Positions 51,537 to 64,000 of a DNA stretch of 64,000 bases are shown piece by piece. Source of the stretch: Raja brachyura (taxonomy: Eukaryota). The notes beneath the pieces are model-generated. The model did not search any database, was not told the origin of the DNA, and was given only the letters and a program-made list of their open reading frames with translations. Location: the NCBI GenBank assembly GCA_963514005.1, contig OY740814.1, forward strand, positions 12,400,001 to 12,464,000, given 5' to 3'. The translations under genes were made by a program, and so were the position numbers. Position 1 is the stretch's first letter, and each line of letters starts with the position of its first letter.

Positions 51537-53954
51537 ACTGAGAGTCAGGGGAGAGGGAAACTGGAGGAATAACCAGCACCAGCAGATGAAGGGGGACCAG
51601 CGCCACTTTGTGGGCTAACTCAATACTGCAGCCGATGTGATGTATGAAATTATTTTTCAAAAGCGAGGAAGTTTAAAAGCAGAAGTGAAAAAACTAATAT
51701 ATCATTAATTGTAAAATAAAGGAAACACAGAAATCCGCAGATTGCCACAAGAATGCCGGTGTTTTCCCTTAAAGTATTCAGGAATTTGAAGACATTTAAA
51801 CGCACAATAAATAACCAAGAAGTAGGTCCGGAGGAATTCAGGATAATTTCTGTGTGATCATCACTTGGTTCCTCTCCAATACCGAGCATGGACATATTAT
51901 TGCCAGACAGTGGATCCTCAAAGTAACCAAAGGGAAACTCACTCCAACTTTTGTCATTAAACTGAGCACCTCTCTACCAGTTCATCACATCACTTTTATT
52001 CATCAGATACCTTTAATCTTTTTAGTTTAGTATCCAATTACTTTTGTCCAGAGTTCTTTGCCGCTGATTACTCAAGTTGAATTTATTATTGCACCACAAC
52101 TTAATGTTGGAACTACCGCTATCCTCAGGTCAGCTTCCTCATTGTTTCAACTGTGGAATTTATTCAACCTCTGTAGAACTTCATTCAATTGATACTCCAG
52201 AAGAAGAAAAAAAGACACCTAGTTATGGTCACTTTGGAACAACCTAATTGTCATAAAACCCATCCGGTTCACTCAAAGTGGTGTCCTCAGTCTGCCAATG
52301 TGCAACTCCAGACTTTCAGGAATGTGGTTGACTCTTAAATGCCCCTTGGAAAGTGAAACCGGATTGACCTTTAGGTGGCGACGTAGACACTAGCCAAGTT
52401 GCTCTCAACCAATATCAACCTGGTGAAGATGTACTCACAAACATCTGGGTTTTGCCACCTAAATAGTTCTTCCTTCTCTAACACCGAAAAGAAAGACTGT
52501 CACATGTGCATGTGCACACTTCCCTCCAAGTCACAGCATCGTTATTTAGAAACATTTCACCATTTCTTAAATATCGCTGGGTGTGAATCCTGGGACTTCC
52601 AACCGAGCAAATCTGTGGGAGGGAGGTCTGACCCCACATGAACTTCAGCAGTGTGGAAGGCGACTCACTCCCACCTTCTCAAAGTATTAGGGACAGACAG
52701 TAAATGCAGGGTTTCTCAGCGATCTCAGACTACTATGTAGCAGCAACTGCGGATGCGCTATCCATTTTATTTTTCATTACCGTTGAGTAAGCAGTATTAG
52801 CGTTTCCTTGGTTCCATTTTCTAACGTTTGTATTATCTTCTTGAGTAGCTCTTGCTATATCTCCTTGTGTCATACAGGCTGGAAATGACCAGGTTTCTAT
52901 TCTTGATCACCGGTGAATATGCTGTTCTCATTTAGAGTACGTAAAGAGAGATGATGGCAGCTGCTGGGGGAACTCAATGGGCACCTGTGGAGGGAAAAGG
53001 ACAGACAACGTTTTGTGTCAGGACTGATGGAGCAGAGCGGAGAAAGCTGACTTATGGGTGAATCAACTCCTCCTCAACAGATCCACCTATCACTTGCTAG
53101 CTCTTGTCCTACTCCTTCCCTCGCCTCCTTTTACCAGCGATCTCCCCTCTTCTCCATCAGTCTGAACAAGTGTCCTGACCCAAACCTTTATCTGTTCATT
53201 TCCCTCCACAGATGCCGCCTGACCAGTTGAGTTCCTCCAGCAGTATGTTTTCTAGCTCAATAACTAGAAGGACCAAGCATCACCATCTAGAAGTCACAGG
53301 GCATTTCCTTGATCCGGTGATGCATTTGGGCTGCAATTTCTTAGCTATTGCTCATCCTCTGGTACCTCATCCAAGTAAGTATTAGAAATGAGCAAGATGA
53401 GGAGAGTTAGCCGGTTGTTTAATTTACAAGCAGCTTCACAATTTGTAGTCATAGAAACGTACTATTATAAAGCACATTTTGTGATCAAAAACTCAACTCA
53501 TTCAGGCACTGGAACAACGGCTGATTATTTTTTTGTGTAGTTCAGGAGTTCTGAATTCATCGCCTCTCGTGTTGTAAGTGCAGTCAGCTAATTTAATGCA
53601 AACTGGTATTGAATTGGAAATGCCAGAGGCTGTACATCCTTTGTGATTCAGTGATGGAACTCAAGGAGTCATTGGGGAGTTATAAAGTTATTTTAATACT
53701 GTTTAATGTGATATGTCGCAGTGAAGTGCGATTGCAAGGCTGTGCTCTGATATGGTTAATCAGTTTCAGTTTTGACTCTCATTTGCAGAGAGATGTCCAT
53801 TGTAAATGCCTAATTGTATTTCACCTGTACTGTTAATTGGGAGGTAATGACCAATGCAAACTGCAGGGCTTTTGTCCTTTGACATGACATTACATGCCTG
53901 CCAACTTTTTCAGACTAAAGCTTTGGAGATAAAGCAGAGACTGGATGTGAGTTC

Positions 53955-54250
53955 AGTTTAGTTTAGAGACACAGCGCGGAAACAGACCTGTCGGCCCACC
54001 AAAACCGAGCCGACCAGCTATTCCCGCACACTAACACTAACCAACACACACTGGGGGGAATTTACAGTTTGAGCAAGCAAATTAACCTACAAACCTATTC
54101 ATGAGTGGGGGAGGAAACTGAAGCACCCGGAGAAAACCCAAGAAGGTCAAGTGGAGAACGTACAAACTCCATACAGACAGCACCCATAGTTAGGATCGAA
54201 CCTGGGTATCTGGTGCTGTAAGACAACAACTCTACTGCTGCACCACCATG
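53955..54250 (-). mobile_element. HE1-like SINE
   Basis: Reverse complement of SINE with (TTTAG)n tail. Confidence 0.8.
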
Positions 54251-57200
54251 CCAAGTATTCTCATTCATTTAACTACCTGATGCTCCCTAATCTCCTCTGC
54301 TGGGGCGAGGGTTACCCGACTGACGTTTTGTTCAACCGTAACAAGATGTCCCAACTCTTCTACTCATTGCCTCAGCAGATGAAGGCAATTGCGTTCTTCA
54401 CCACCCTGTCTACCTGCGGCACCAATTTCAGGAAACTATGTATTTGTATCCTTGGTCTCTTAGTTCTACACCACTTTCCCAGGACTCTTATCAATCACTG
54501 TGTATTTCCTTCCCTGGTTTAAATTCCCAAATAGCTTCATTTTACTTTTGTCTGAGTTAAACTCTATCTGATGTTCCTTTGCATACTTCCCCAGTTGATA
54601 TAGATCATGTTGTAACTGTAGTCAACCTTTTTCATTGTCCACCACACCATCATTTAAATCCTTCCCCTCTCACCTTAAACCTATGCTCTCTAGTTTTTGA
54701 CTTGCCTACCTGGGAAAAGGTCTGCATCAGCTGTGGATTTGTTAATCATGCCACCTACATTCTCCTCCAAGTCATTAACATAGATGACAAAGGCATAGGC
54801 CTACAATCTGAAGTAGTCCATCCACTCCCAACCTCTGACTCCTTCCATCATGCCAATTTTGTGTACAATTGGCTTGGCTAGTTCAATCTTGATCTCAAAA
54901 GCTGTAACCTTCCAGACCAGCTTACCTATGTATGATTTTATCCAAGGCCTTGCTAAAGACCTAGTAGAGAAAATCTAACACCCTGCCCTTGACAATCCTC
55001 CTGCTCACTTCTTCAAAGAAACATAATATTCGACTGAGCAAACAGATGGCACCTCAGTTCGACACCTCGACTGAAAGCTAACACCTCTGATCTTGCATCA
55101 CAACCTCAATTTTGCTCTCATCCCCAATATTTTGTTGTTGTTTGATTTCTGGAGTGGGATTTAACCTTTTACTGCCAGGCTCAGAGGTGTAGTGACTGAA
55201 CTGCCTAATATAGGAGATTATTGGTGGATGTTAGAATATCTTTACCTGTAGTACTTTGGTTCCATTGTGCTTAAGTATTAACAAAAAGTGTAGTTAATAG
55301 TATTGTTATGTTTTGGTAATGAAATAACCATTATTAACGGAGATGTTTTTAATTCATTTTTATTCATTTTGTGGGATGCGAACATTGGTGGAAGAGACAG
55401 CATTTACTCCTCATTTTCATTTGTCCGCAAGACGGCTGTGGTGAGCCAACTGCATTGTGGCAGTTCAGAGTTTATCCATATTTACTCTGTTTCACCCATT
55501 GGATACTAAGAGGCATATTCTTTTAATATTCATTGTGTTGGAGTACCTTAGAGGGTCAGGTAGCATCTTTGGAGAACATGGATAGGTGATGTTTCGGATC
55601 AGGACCCTTCTTCTGTCTGAAGGAGGATCCTAACTCCAGAGCTGCAGCCTGACCTGCTGAGTTACTCCAACATTTGGTCTTTTTTTTGTAAACCAGCATC
55701 TGCAGATTTGTTAGCATCATATTGAAAACGTTCCCAGCCTGGGCATCTGCACCTGGGATACTACAACTGTACATCTACTGATTTAATAAGCAGTAATTAT
55801 TTGACCAAGTATAGCACCATCCTTAAATAAACTCCAACATTGTTAATAGAAGCTATCAAGGCAGACGGAGGACAGGACAGGACACTCTGCTCACCACAGA
55901 AGGAATTTGTGATGCAACAAAATCACTCAAACCCTAATATAAAGAGCCAGCCAGTTCCCTTGGTAAAATACTTTTGTTTCAGTTTTACAAATGTCAGTGA
56001 GCCATGTCAGTGACTTCACAAGATGTTACAATCTCCACAGTCACGCATCGTTTTTGAAATGTCCTGGAACCTAGTAACCGATTTTAGTGAATTCTGTCAT
56101 GTGTACTGAAATACAGTGAAAAACGATGTTGTGTGTGTTATCCAGTCAAACCACATCGTGGGTTAACACAGGGAGGTGTTAACTGGTGCAGATCCCGTGG
56201 AAATAGCTGTTGGGGAAGCTTTGAACTAAGTTGCAGGTGAATAGGTGTCAAATCAGCACGTTTGCAGACGATACAGGATTGGTGGAGTTATTGACAACGT
56301 GGAAGGTATCAGCTGGCGGAGTGATATTGATGTGTTGGTGAAGTGGATTTAGAAATGATAGGTGGAGTTTAATCCACACAAATGTGAGGTGATGCATCTT
56401 GGGAGCACTAATGAGGCCAGGACATACACCTTGAACGACAGATCTCGCTTCCCTCCATGAGTAGTCGCCAGGTGGTCAGTGGGCTGGGAGTTCCTGGGTA
56501 GCATGGGTCATAAAATATGGCAGTGTGCTGCCACTATCTGTGGTCTTCTTCTTTTGCGTATGGCGTGCACATCCTAAAGTTGTAGGACAACTTGTTCTAT
56601 TTGATCTTACTTGATTGTGCACGCCAGGTTGATTGCATTCTTCGAAACAGGGCGGACCACGTGAAGGTTACAATCTCCCCACCCCATCTGTGGCCTGTCC
56701 TGGTGATTCTATCAGCTTCACTAGAGGAGCTCAGTGACAACTGTTTCACACTTTCAACCCACAACCTCTGTGCCTCTTTCAGCTGATGTCACCCCCTCTC
56801 AGCATCTCCTCGTCAGCTGCCTCGGAGGAGTGTGAGGAAACTAGCAGTGCAGCGTGGAACACGATCCCTGCTGCTGGTCGCCAGCCTACTCATTGCCCGC
56901 TGTTCAATTCCGATGCAGATGTGAGAAACTTTGGCTGCAAACTGCCGACTGAAAGACTGCTTCCTTCTTAAACTAAAATGAAGTGAGACTCCCCTCTCTC
57001 TGTCTCTCTCAGTACTCCTATTTGTCCAACCTGTGTTGAATAAATGGTGATCAGGATGTCTGAGAAAAAGAGACCCGAGACCTGGTACCAAGTACTGGAG
57101 CAAAATAAAACCCGTTGGAACCTCATCAGGCAGCATCTATTGGACTTTTGTGTGGGATGGATTCTTGTTCTGGACTGAAATAACAGATGGGAGATGGTCA

Positions 57201-57479
57201 GGATGAAGAGGTGAGGGGATTGGCAAGAACTGACACTCGGTGGATGCATCCAGGTTTTGAAGAAAGAGTTTATCTGATCTAAGGAAAAGAATCCCGTTGT
57301 TCTTATTCCGAATTGCTCCATACTTTGCCATGCCTCAGCCTCGGCCACGGATGCGAGTGAGCGGTTGCAACAGGTTCAGATTCACCAGAGCTAGGTTTCA
57401 TTTCAAACACCAGTGGAACATGGTCGGCGTAAACTGAAGCACCTGCACTTGGTACCAGACCAGACTTTGGGGCACATAA

Positions 57480-58150
57480 GACCTGTGAAGGCTCTCAGCG
57501 TTGCCAACACGGCGCTGCTCAGGGCAGCGGGTTGTCGATGTGTGGGTGCAGAGCCGAGGGAGGGGCGAGGCGAGGCGAGGCAGACTCACTCACAGCGAGT
57601 TGCCGCCGCTGAGGTGCACTCTCTCCTGGGGCGGAGCCGGGTTACGGGAAGTGATGTTACTCTGACAGAGGAAGGATGTGAGAGTAATCGAAGTGCGTTT
57701 AAATGCAAGTTTTCGGCGAGCTGCTTGTTTCCGCGTGGGATCAGTGAACGGAGACCAGCCCCGGTCACGGTGAGTGCAAGGATGCCGGCTTTAAATGACC
57801 AAATGCACCGGATTATTGCAAGGAAGGCTTTAGTTGGTCTGCTTTCACGGGAACTCTCTGTCGTTGCCGCAGTTGTTGCCTCTGTGATCGTGCCTTGGAA
57901 AAGTTTTCCGGTGACATCTGTGATAGGGAAAGGCAGAGAGTGAACGACTGTGGGCGGAGAGCCGTGGATCTCGTCGCCTTTGCAGCCGCGCTGCCGGCTC
58001 TCACTCCCCGCTGCCCCGCGGGCAGGCAGGCAGGCAGGCAGGCAGTCGCTCCTTCCCCCGGCGCTAACGCCTTATCCCGGAGACTCTGAGAGCAGCTTGG
58101 GTCGGGGATCCTGCTGCAGACCGCACCGCTGGATCAGTGGCAGGTCCCGA
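57480..58150 (+). promoter_or_regulatory. CpG-rich promoter and probable non-coding first exon (donor CG|gtgagt at 57770); RAB27A by synteny only
   Basis: CpG enrichment, GC box gggcggag near 57628, ETS-like gggaagtg near 57646, consensus donor. No coding sequence of the gene is seen in the window. Confidence 0.55.
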
Positions 58151-58249
58151 CCCAGACCCAGCTGTTTTCCCCCACTATACCTGTACGTGTCACCAAACGC
58201 TTGCCTCTGGGCTAAAATGTTGACAGATATACCTGTCGGCCTTTCGGTG

Positions 58250-60005
58250 ATGTGTAGGAAGGAACTGCAGATGCTGGTTTAAACCGAAGATAGACACAAA
58301 AAAACTGGATGTACTCAGCGGGGACAGGCAGTGTCTCTGGGGAAGGAATGGGTGAGACATTGAAACATAGGAAATAGGCGCAGGCAGAGGCCATTCGGCC
58401 CTTCGAGCCACCGCCGCTATTCATTGTAATCATGGCTGATCGTCCCCTATCAATAACCCGTGCCTGCCTTCTCCCCGTGTCCCTTGACTCCACTAGCCCC
58501 TAGAGCTCTATCTAACTCTCTCTTAAATCCATCCAGTGATCTTGCCTCCACTGCCCTTTGTGGTTGGGAATAGAAACATAGAAATTAGGTGCAGGAGTAG
58601 GCCGTTCGGCCCTTCGAGCCTGCACCGCCATTCAATATGATCATGCTGATCATCCAACTCAGTATCCCGTACCTGCCTTCTCTCCATACCCTCTGATCCC
58701 CTTAGCCACAAGGGCCACATCTAACTCCCTCAAATTACACTAATTCACAACTCTCTGTGAATTTGTGTAATTTTGTAGTGTAGTTCGCAGTCTTAACTGT
58801 CCTCCCCTTTAACTGTGACCCCTGGTTCTGGACTCGCCCAACATTGGCAACATTTTGTTTCCTGCATTTAACTTGTCCAGTCCTTTTATAATTGTATATG
58901 TTTCTACAAGATCCCCAGCCCCGTCATCCTTCTACTGAAGAAGGGTCTCGACCCGAAACGCCACCCATTCCTTCTCCTCAGAGACGCTGCCTGACTCATG
59001 AGATACTCCAGCATTGTGTGTCTATCTTCGGCCTTTCTGCGATGATCTGCCGCTTGTCCTTCATTACTGAGCCGTCTGCCCCGTGGCTTCGTATTCGTCA
59101 CTCTGTTTCAATGAACGGCTTTCGGACGCGATTAAAGACCTGCCGGAGGGGCAAGTCTGGGGCGGTGGGTGGGATGTGTCCACGTGTGATGCTACATTCA
59201 CCCCCCGGGGCCGAGAGTGTGGGATTGGGAAGGAACTGCAGATGTTGCTTTCCACCGAAGATAGACACACACAATGCTGGAGTAACTCCAAGGGACAGGC
59301 AGATGGAATGGGTGACATTTCGGGTAGAGACCCTTCTTCAGACTTCTCCAGAGATCCCACTGAGTTTACTCCAGTAGTTGGCGTCTATCCCGGTGGCGGG
59401 GAGCCGGGCTTGGCCGACCCGCCACCTCTACTTGCCGGTCAGTCCGGTGATCATCGCCCTCTGTCCGGGATGCAGCGGAGGTTTGCACCTGGTGAGTTGT
59501 CCAGCACTCAGCAACAGGCCAGGTGAACGAATAGCAGCACATAAATGAGTCAAGCTTTCACATTTCTTGATTTTATATTTTATATGTTAATTTACAAGCC
59601 GCTTCACGCGAGGCAAGTTTGATTCTCAGTCCGTAGAAGGGTCACCCATTCAACGATAGACACCAAAAAGCTGGAGCAACTCAGCGGGACAGGCAGCATC
59701 TATGGAGAGAGGGAATGGGTGATGTTTAGATCCAAATGCTGGAGTAATTCAGCAGGTCGAGACCCTTCTGTCACCCATCCCTTCGCTCCATAGATGCTGC
59801 TGCACCCGCTGAGTTTCTCCAGAATTTTGTGTACCCTCGATTTTCCAGCATCTGCAGTTCCTTCTTAGCACTGCTGGAGTAATTCAGCAGGTCAAGACCC
59901 TTCTATCACCCAGTCCTTCCCTCCAGAGATGCTGCCTGACCCATTGAGTTACTCCAGCATTTTGTGTTTATCTTCGGTGTAAACCAGCACCTGCAGTTCC
60001 TTCCT
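58250..60005. repeat. Nest of Penelope-like terminal fragments and CR1 3' tails in both orientations
   Basis: Repeated gctggagtaactcagcggg…cagcatct and gagatgctgcc…gagttactccagc units, plus reversed CR1 tails at about 58360-58730. Confidence 0.75.
59314..59341 (-). ncRNA. Hammerhead core copy
   Basis: Reverse complement reads CTGAAGA-A-GGGT(CTCT)ACCC-GAAAT-GTC. Confidence 0.5.
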
Positions 60006-60729
60006 GCAAGTTTTATTCAGCTGGTTTCTCCTCTGGTTCTCTGTTGTAAAATGATGTGTGGAATACGAATCCAAGGTTTGTGGGGCCGTTGACCCCCTGA
60101 TTGTGGAGATGAGGGAGCTGGCAGTGAGGAGCTGTCACTGGAGCTGCAACTGTGTCACCACAGGTGGCTTGGTTTTATTGCTTATTAACAGCTCCCACAC
60201 CTTGCACTCCTCCACATGAAGCGCTTACATTTTTAATAATAATTACCCTTTCATACTGGCATCAGCTGGGCAGCGTTGCAGGACGCATTTCAATTACAGT
60301 AAATCTGGATTTAGAGTTTGCACTAAATCCTTCTCTTACCTCCTGAAGTGTAGGGAGATTCCTTAAAGTTGACCGGGCTTACTTAGATTAGCACAGGGAT
60401 GGGATAAAATCTCCCGAGCAGTGATGTTTTTCAGGATCTCCCAGAGAGGAATGACTCACATTGACCACCAATCCCTGGATTTAGATTGGGAAGTGTCCAT
60501 GTGTAGTCTCCCGTGTTAATTTGCCCTTCACAGGGAGCTTGCTAATGAAGGTGCGCAGTGCTGAGCCACCAGACTTGTAGTTGAAAGATGCAGGAAGCAG
60601 GGTGAAGACTGACTGAGGCAGGGAGGCACAGCGACTCCTTTATCCATGGGATATTTTTAAATGTCTTTTTTTGGCCGTGGCTGCCATTGACACAGCCTGA
60701 TCAAGGTTGGATGAGGCATATCAAGCCTG

Positions 60730-61330
60730 TTGCCAATCTACTTCCTGAGAAGATTACGAAGAGTCGGTTTGTCAAGGAGGACTCTCTCTAACTTCTAAAG
60801 GTGCACAGTAGAGAGCATGCTGACCGGTTGCATCGTGGCTTGGTTCGGCAACTTGAGCGCCCTGGAGAGGAAAAGACTACAAAAAGTAGTAAACACTGCC
60901 CAGTCCATCATCGGCTCTGACCTTCCTTCCATCGAGGGGATTTATCGCAGTTGCTGCCTCAAAAAGGCTGGCAGCATCATCAAAGACCCACACCATCCTG
61001 GCCACACACTCATCTCCCTGCTACCTTCAGGTAGAAGGTACAGGAGCCTGAATACTGCAATGACCAGGTTCAGGAATAGCTACTTCCCCACAGCCATCAG
61101 GCTGGTAAACCTGGCCCGGACAAAACTGTGAACATTAATAACCCATTGTTATTTTCACTTTTTCAGTTTATTTATTCATCTGTGTATATATTTATATAAT
61201 GGTATATGGACACACTGATCTGCTTTTGTAGTCAATGCCTACTATGTTCTGTTGTGCTGAAGCAAAACAAGAATTTCATTGTCCTATCAGGGACACACGA
61301 CAATAAACTCACTTGACTCACTTGACTTGA
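60730..61330 (+). mobile_element. Rex1/Babar LINE 3' fragment
   Basis: LTGCIVAWFGN…LLPSGRRYRSL…RFRNSYFPTAIRL; tail caataaactcacttgactcacttgacttga. Confidence 0.88.
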
Positions 61331-61494
61331 CAGTAACTTAATTGAATGTAAGAACAAGCGGCATGTTTGGTGCCAGTGGATTGTGATCAAACTGCACAGA
61401 TCCTTTGACCCAGCCAGCTATTATCAAAGATAGACACTGGAGTAACTCAGCGGGACAGGCAGCATCCCTGGAGAAAAGTACTGTCTGGGGAGGG

Positions 61495-62610
61495 GGGAGA
61501 AGAGTTGTACAGTTTGATCGCCACAGGGAAGAAGGATCTCCTGTGGTGTTCTGTACTGCATCTTGGCGGAACCAGTCTGTTGTTGAAGGTACACCTCGGG
61601 TTGACCAGTGTGTCATGCAGGGGGTGAGCTGTATTGTCCAAGATGCTCCGCAGTTTGAGGAGCATTCTCCCTCCAAGAGCACCTCCCATGAATCCAACCC
61701 CGCCCCCAGGATGAAGTCAGCCTTCACGATGAGTTTGTTGATCCTATTGGCGTCCGCGGCCTTCGCCCTCCTGCCCCAGCAAATGGCAGCGAAGAAGATG
61801 GCACTGGCTCCCACCGATTGGTAGAACATCTGCAGCAGCTTTCTGCAGATGTTGAAGGGGCGGAGCCTTCTCAAAAAGTATTCGGCTCTGTCCCTTCTTG
61901 TACAGAGCCTCAGCATTCCTGTACTGTCCAGGTACACTTCAAGGTATTTATACTCCCTGGTAAACTGCACATCCACACCATTGATGGTGGCAGGGGACAG
62001 GGGTGTTCCTCTCCTCCTAAAATCCACCACTAACTCCTTAGTCTTGTCGGTGTTGAGATGCAGGTGATTCAGCTCACACCACTCGACAAAGCCGTTGACT
62101 ACACCTCTGCATTCAGCTTTCCTCCCCACACTGATGCAGCCCACAATTGCAGAGTCATCTGAAAACTTCTATAGGTGGCAGGAGACGGAGTTATATCTGA
62201 AGTCCGAGGTGTAGACGGTGAACAGGAAGGGGGAAAGGACCGTCCCCTATGGGGCACATGTGTTACTCACTACCATGTCCGAGACACATTTCTGTAGCCT
62301 GACGTACTGTGGTTGTCCAGTCAGGTAGTTGGTGATCCGGGACACCAATGGAGCATCCACCTGCATCTTTTGTCAGTTTGCTCCCTGGCACTGGAGAAGT
62401 AAAAAAACATGACTCGCACAGTGCTTCCCGGCTTATCCAGGTGAGCATAGGAACGATGGAGCAGGTGGATGATGGCTTCCTCAAACCCCATCTTTGTTTG
62501 GTAAGCGAACTGCAGAGGGTCCAGGTAGGGTTTAACCAGGGGCCGCAGGTGAGTGAGCATCAGCCTCTCCAGGGACTTCATGATGTGTGAAGTCAGTGCC
62601 TGTAGGTATT
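61495..62610 (-). mobile_element. Rex1/Babar LINE RT fragment
   Basis: ALTSHIMKSLERL, LDPLQFAY, LNTDKTKELVVDFRR; frameshifted. Confidence 0.88.
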
Positions 62611-64000
62611 GGAGGAGCTGGGGCGCGTCCTCATTGGTACAGGAACCAGGCAGGATGTGTTCCACATCACAGGAACCCTCTCCACGCTCAGGTTGGCCAC
62701 CCTGCTGTACTTGTTATTCTGGTACTGAACTTTACTGGACTTAACGCATCAGTCCAGTGTTTTGAAAGCATCGGTATATAGCTCTGATCAAGAATATGAT
62801 CAGATTTCCCTGAATCTGATGCCTGCCTGTGTGTCATTTGTGGAGACTGGATCGAATGATTCGTTTTTACTTTATTATCTTGCACCTCTTGAGATCCATA
62901 AGAAAAATGCTACATATGTAGCTGTTGCCTTCATTCATGCGGAGGTTATTGTAACCGAGTCGGAGTCTGACACTGCATTGATCAGACGTTACTTATTCCT
63001 TGACTGTTCCAATTACTGGGTGTGTGAAGGTGAGTTTGCTGATCAGTGATCAATATTTGCCTGCGTAGTAGATTAAGGTTTATTAAATGCAAACAGTGAC
63101 AGACTTCCCCATCGCCTCCGTTCCAGTACACTGGAAAGTTCACAGAATGGATAGTTATTTTTAAAACTTTGGATAGGAAATTTAAAGCTGCAATAAAATA
63201 TTACAGATTTGCAATTGCTTCAGCAAAAGCTGTCTGATCCTTTTCAAGTGGGGAAATAGCTGCTGCCTATTGGCTTCTGGAGAAAATGGAGTATTGTTAA
63301 GGAGTGTTCATGGATATTTGTATTTGCTCATTAGTTTAGAGGGAATCTGTAACAGGATATTGAGATGTTTCAATGTTTCAGGTAAATCTTGGTACAGATG
63401 GAAGATTGGGTGACGACATTCCTTGGTCTGATAAAGATGCCCATTTGTGATAAAAGGTTAATTTGGTTCCAGTGGTGTATTTAGTTGATGGGTACCAGGG
63501 CCAAGTACCAATGCTGGATCCTAGCTTTGGTGTCTATGTGGAAAGAATTGTCTCTTTGAATCTTTCCCCTCTTAAATCCATGCCCTCTAATGTTAGATTC
63601 CCCAACCCTGGGAAAAATATGTGACTGTCCACATTTTATATTTCTCTCCTGAGTTTATATACTTCCTAGCGTCTGCCCTTCAATCTCCAACACCTGGGAA
63701 AATGGTCCTATCAGCCTATCAATCCTCTCTTTATAAATCAAGCCAAGTCCCAGCTACATTCTTTGTGGCGTCTTCTGCTTGCAGTGGTAAATTGTGTTCA
63801 GGCAGGATCTGTGTTAAATTGTGATCTGCACATCTTTTTCGGGGAAGCCGCACTAATGCTGTTGGTTAATAACTGCTGCCAATTTTGCAATCATAACAGG
63901 CTCTAGTGGTATATGTAGCAATGTTTTAGTTGATCGGAAAAGGTATAGTTTATGCTTCAGCACAGTCACCTTTACCATACATGAAACAGCAGACCTACTG

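Noticed and set aside
56813-57348. Cluster of minus-strand ORFs
   Set aside because: Overlap a decayed copy of the short interspersed repeat; no protein motifs.
57413-57943. 176-aa ORF in the CpG-rich region
   Set aside because: GTG start, no homology recognised, crosses a consensus donor; expected in GC-rich promoter DNA.
58935-58962. Hammerhead copy with perfect stem II
   Set aside because: Cleavage triplet reads GCC rather than GTC, so presumed inactive and not listed as a ribozyme.
59650-60005. Repeated units that could suggest a CRISPR-like array
   Set aside because: Irregular, bidirectional transposon fragments in a vertebrate genome; no constant repeat-spacer period.

Overview
Eukaryotic (vertebrate) genomic DNA. 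The repeat content (HE1/V-SINE-like SINEs, CR1 tails, Rex-Babar, very abundant Penelope-like terminal fragments) points to a cartilaginous fish, probably a skate or ray (inference). The window holds the complete coding region of the ER-phagy receptor gene CCPG1 on the + strand: 9 core coding exons, 5097-36553, 2598 nt, 865 aa, all GT-AG and phase-consistent. It is followed by the microprotein gene PIGBOS1 (40153-40374) in a CpG island and a second CpG-rich promoter/first exon near 57.5-57.8 kb that is RAB27A by synteny only. Main observations: (1) a cluster of four candidate microexons (12, 13, 39, 8 nt) in the intron after the CCPG1 transmembrane exon, which together restore frame, are flanked by a dense GCATG cluster, and would add a luminal R-R-L-S site-1-protease-like motif; (2) minimal type I hammerhead ribozyme cores in the dispersed Penelope-like repeat, one intact just upstream of PIGBOS1; (3) PIGB is absent from its mammalian position between CCPG1 and PIGBOS1; (4) a GC-rich HERO-type RT/RLE retrotransposon with a structured 3' UTR. 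Repeat boundaries are approximate, and all calls were made by eye without database searches.
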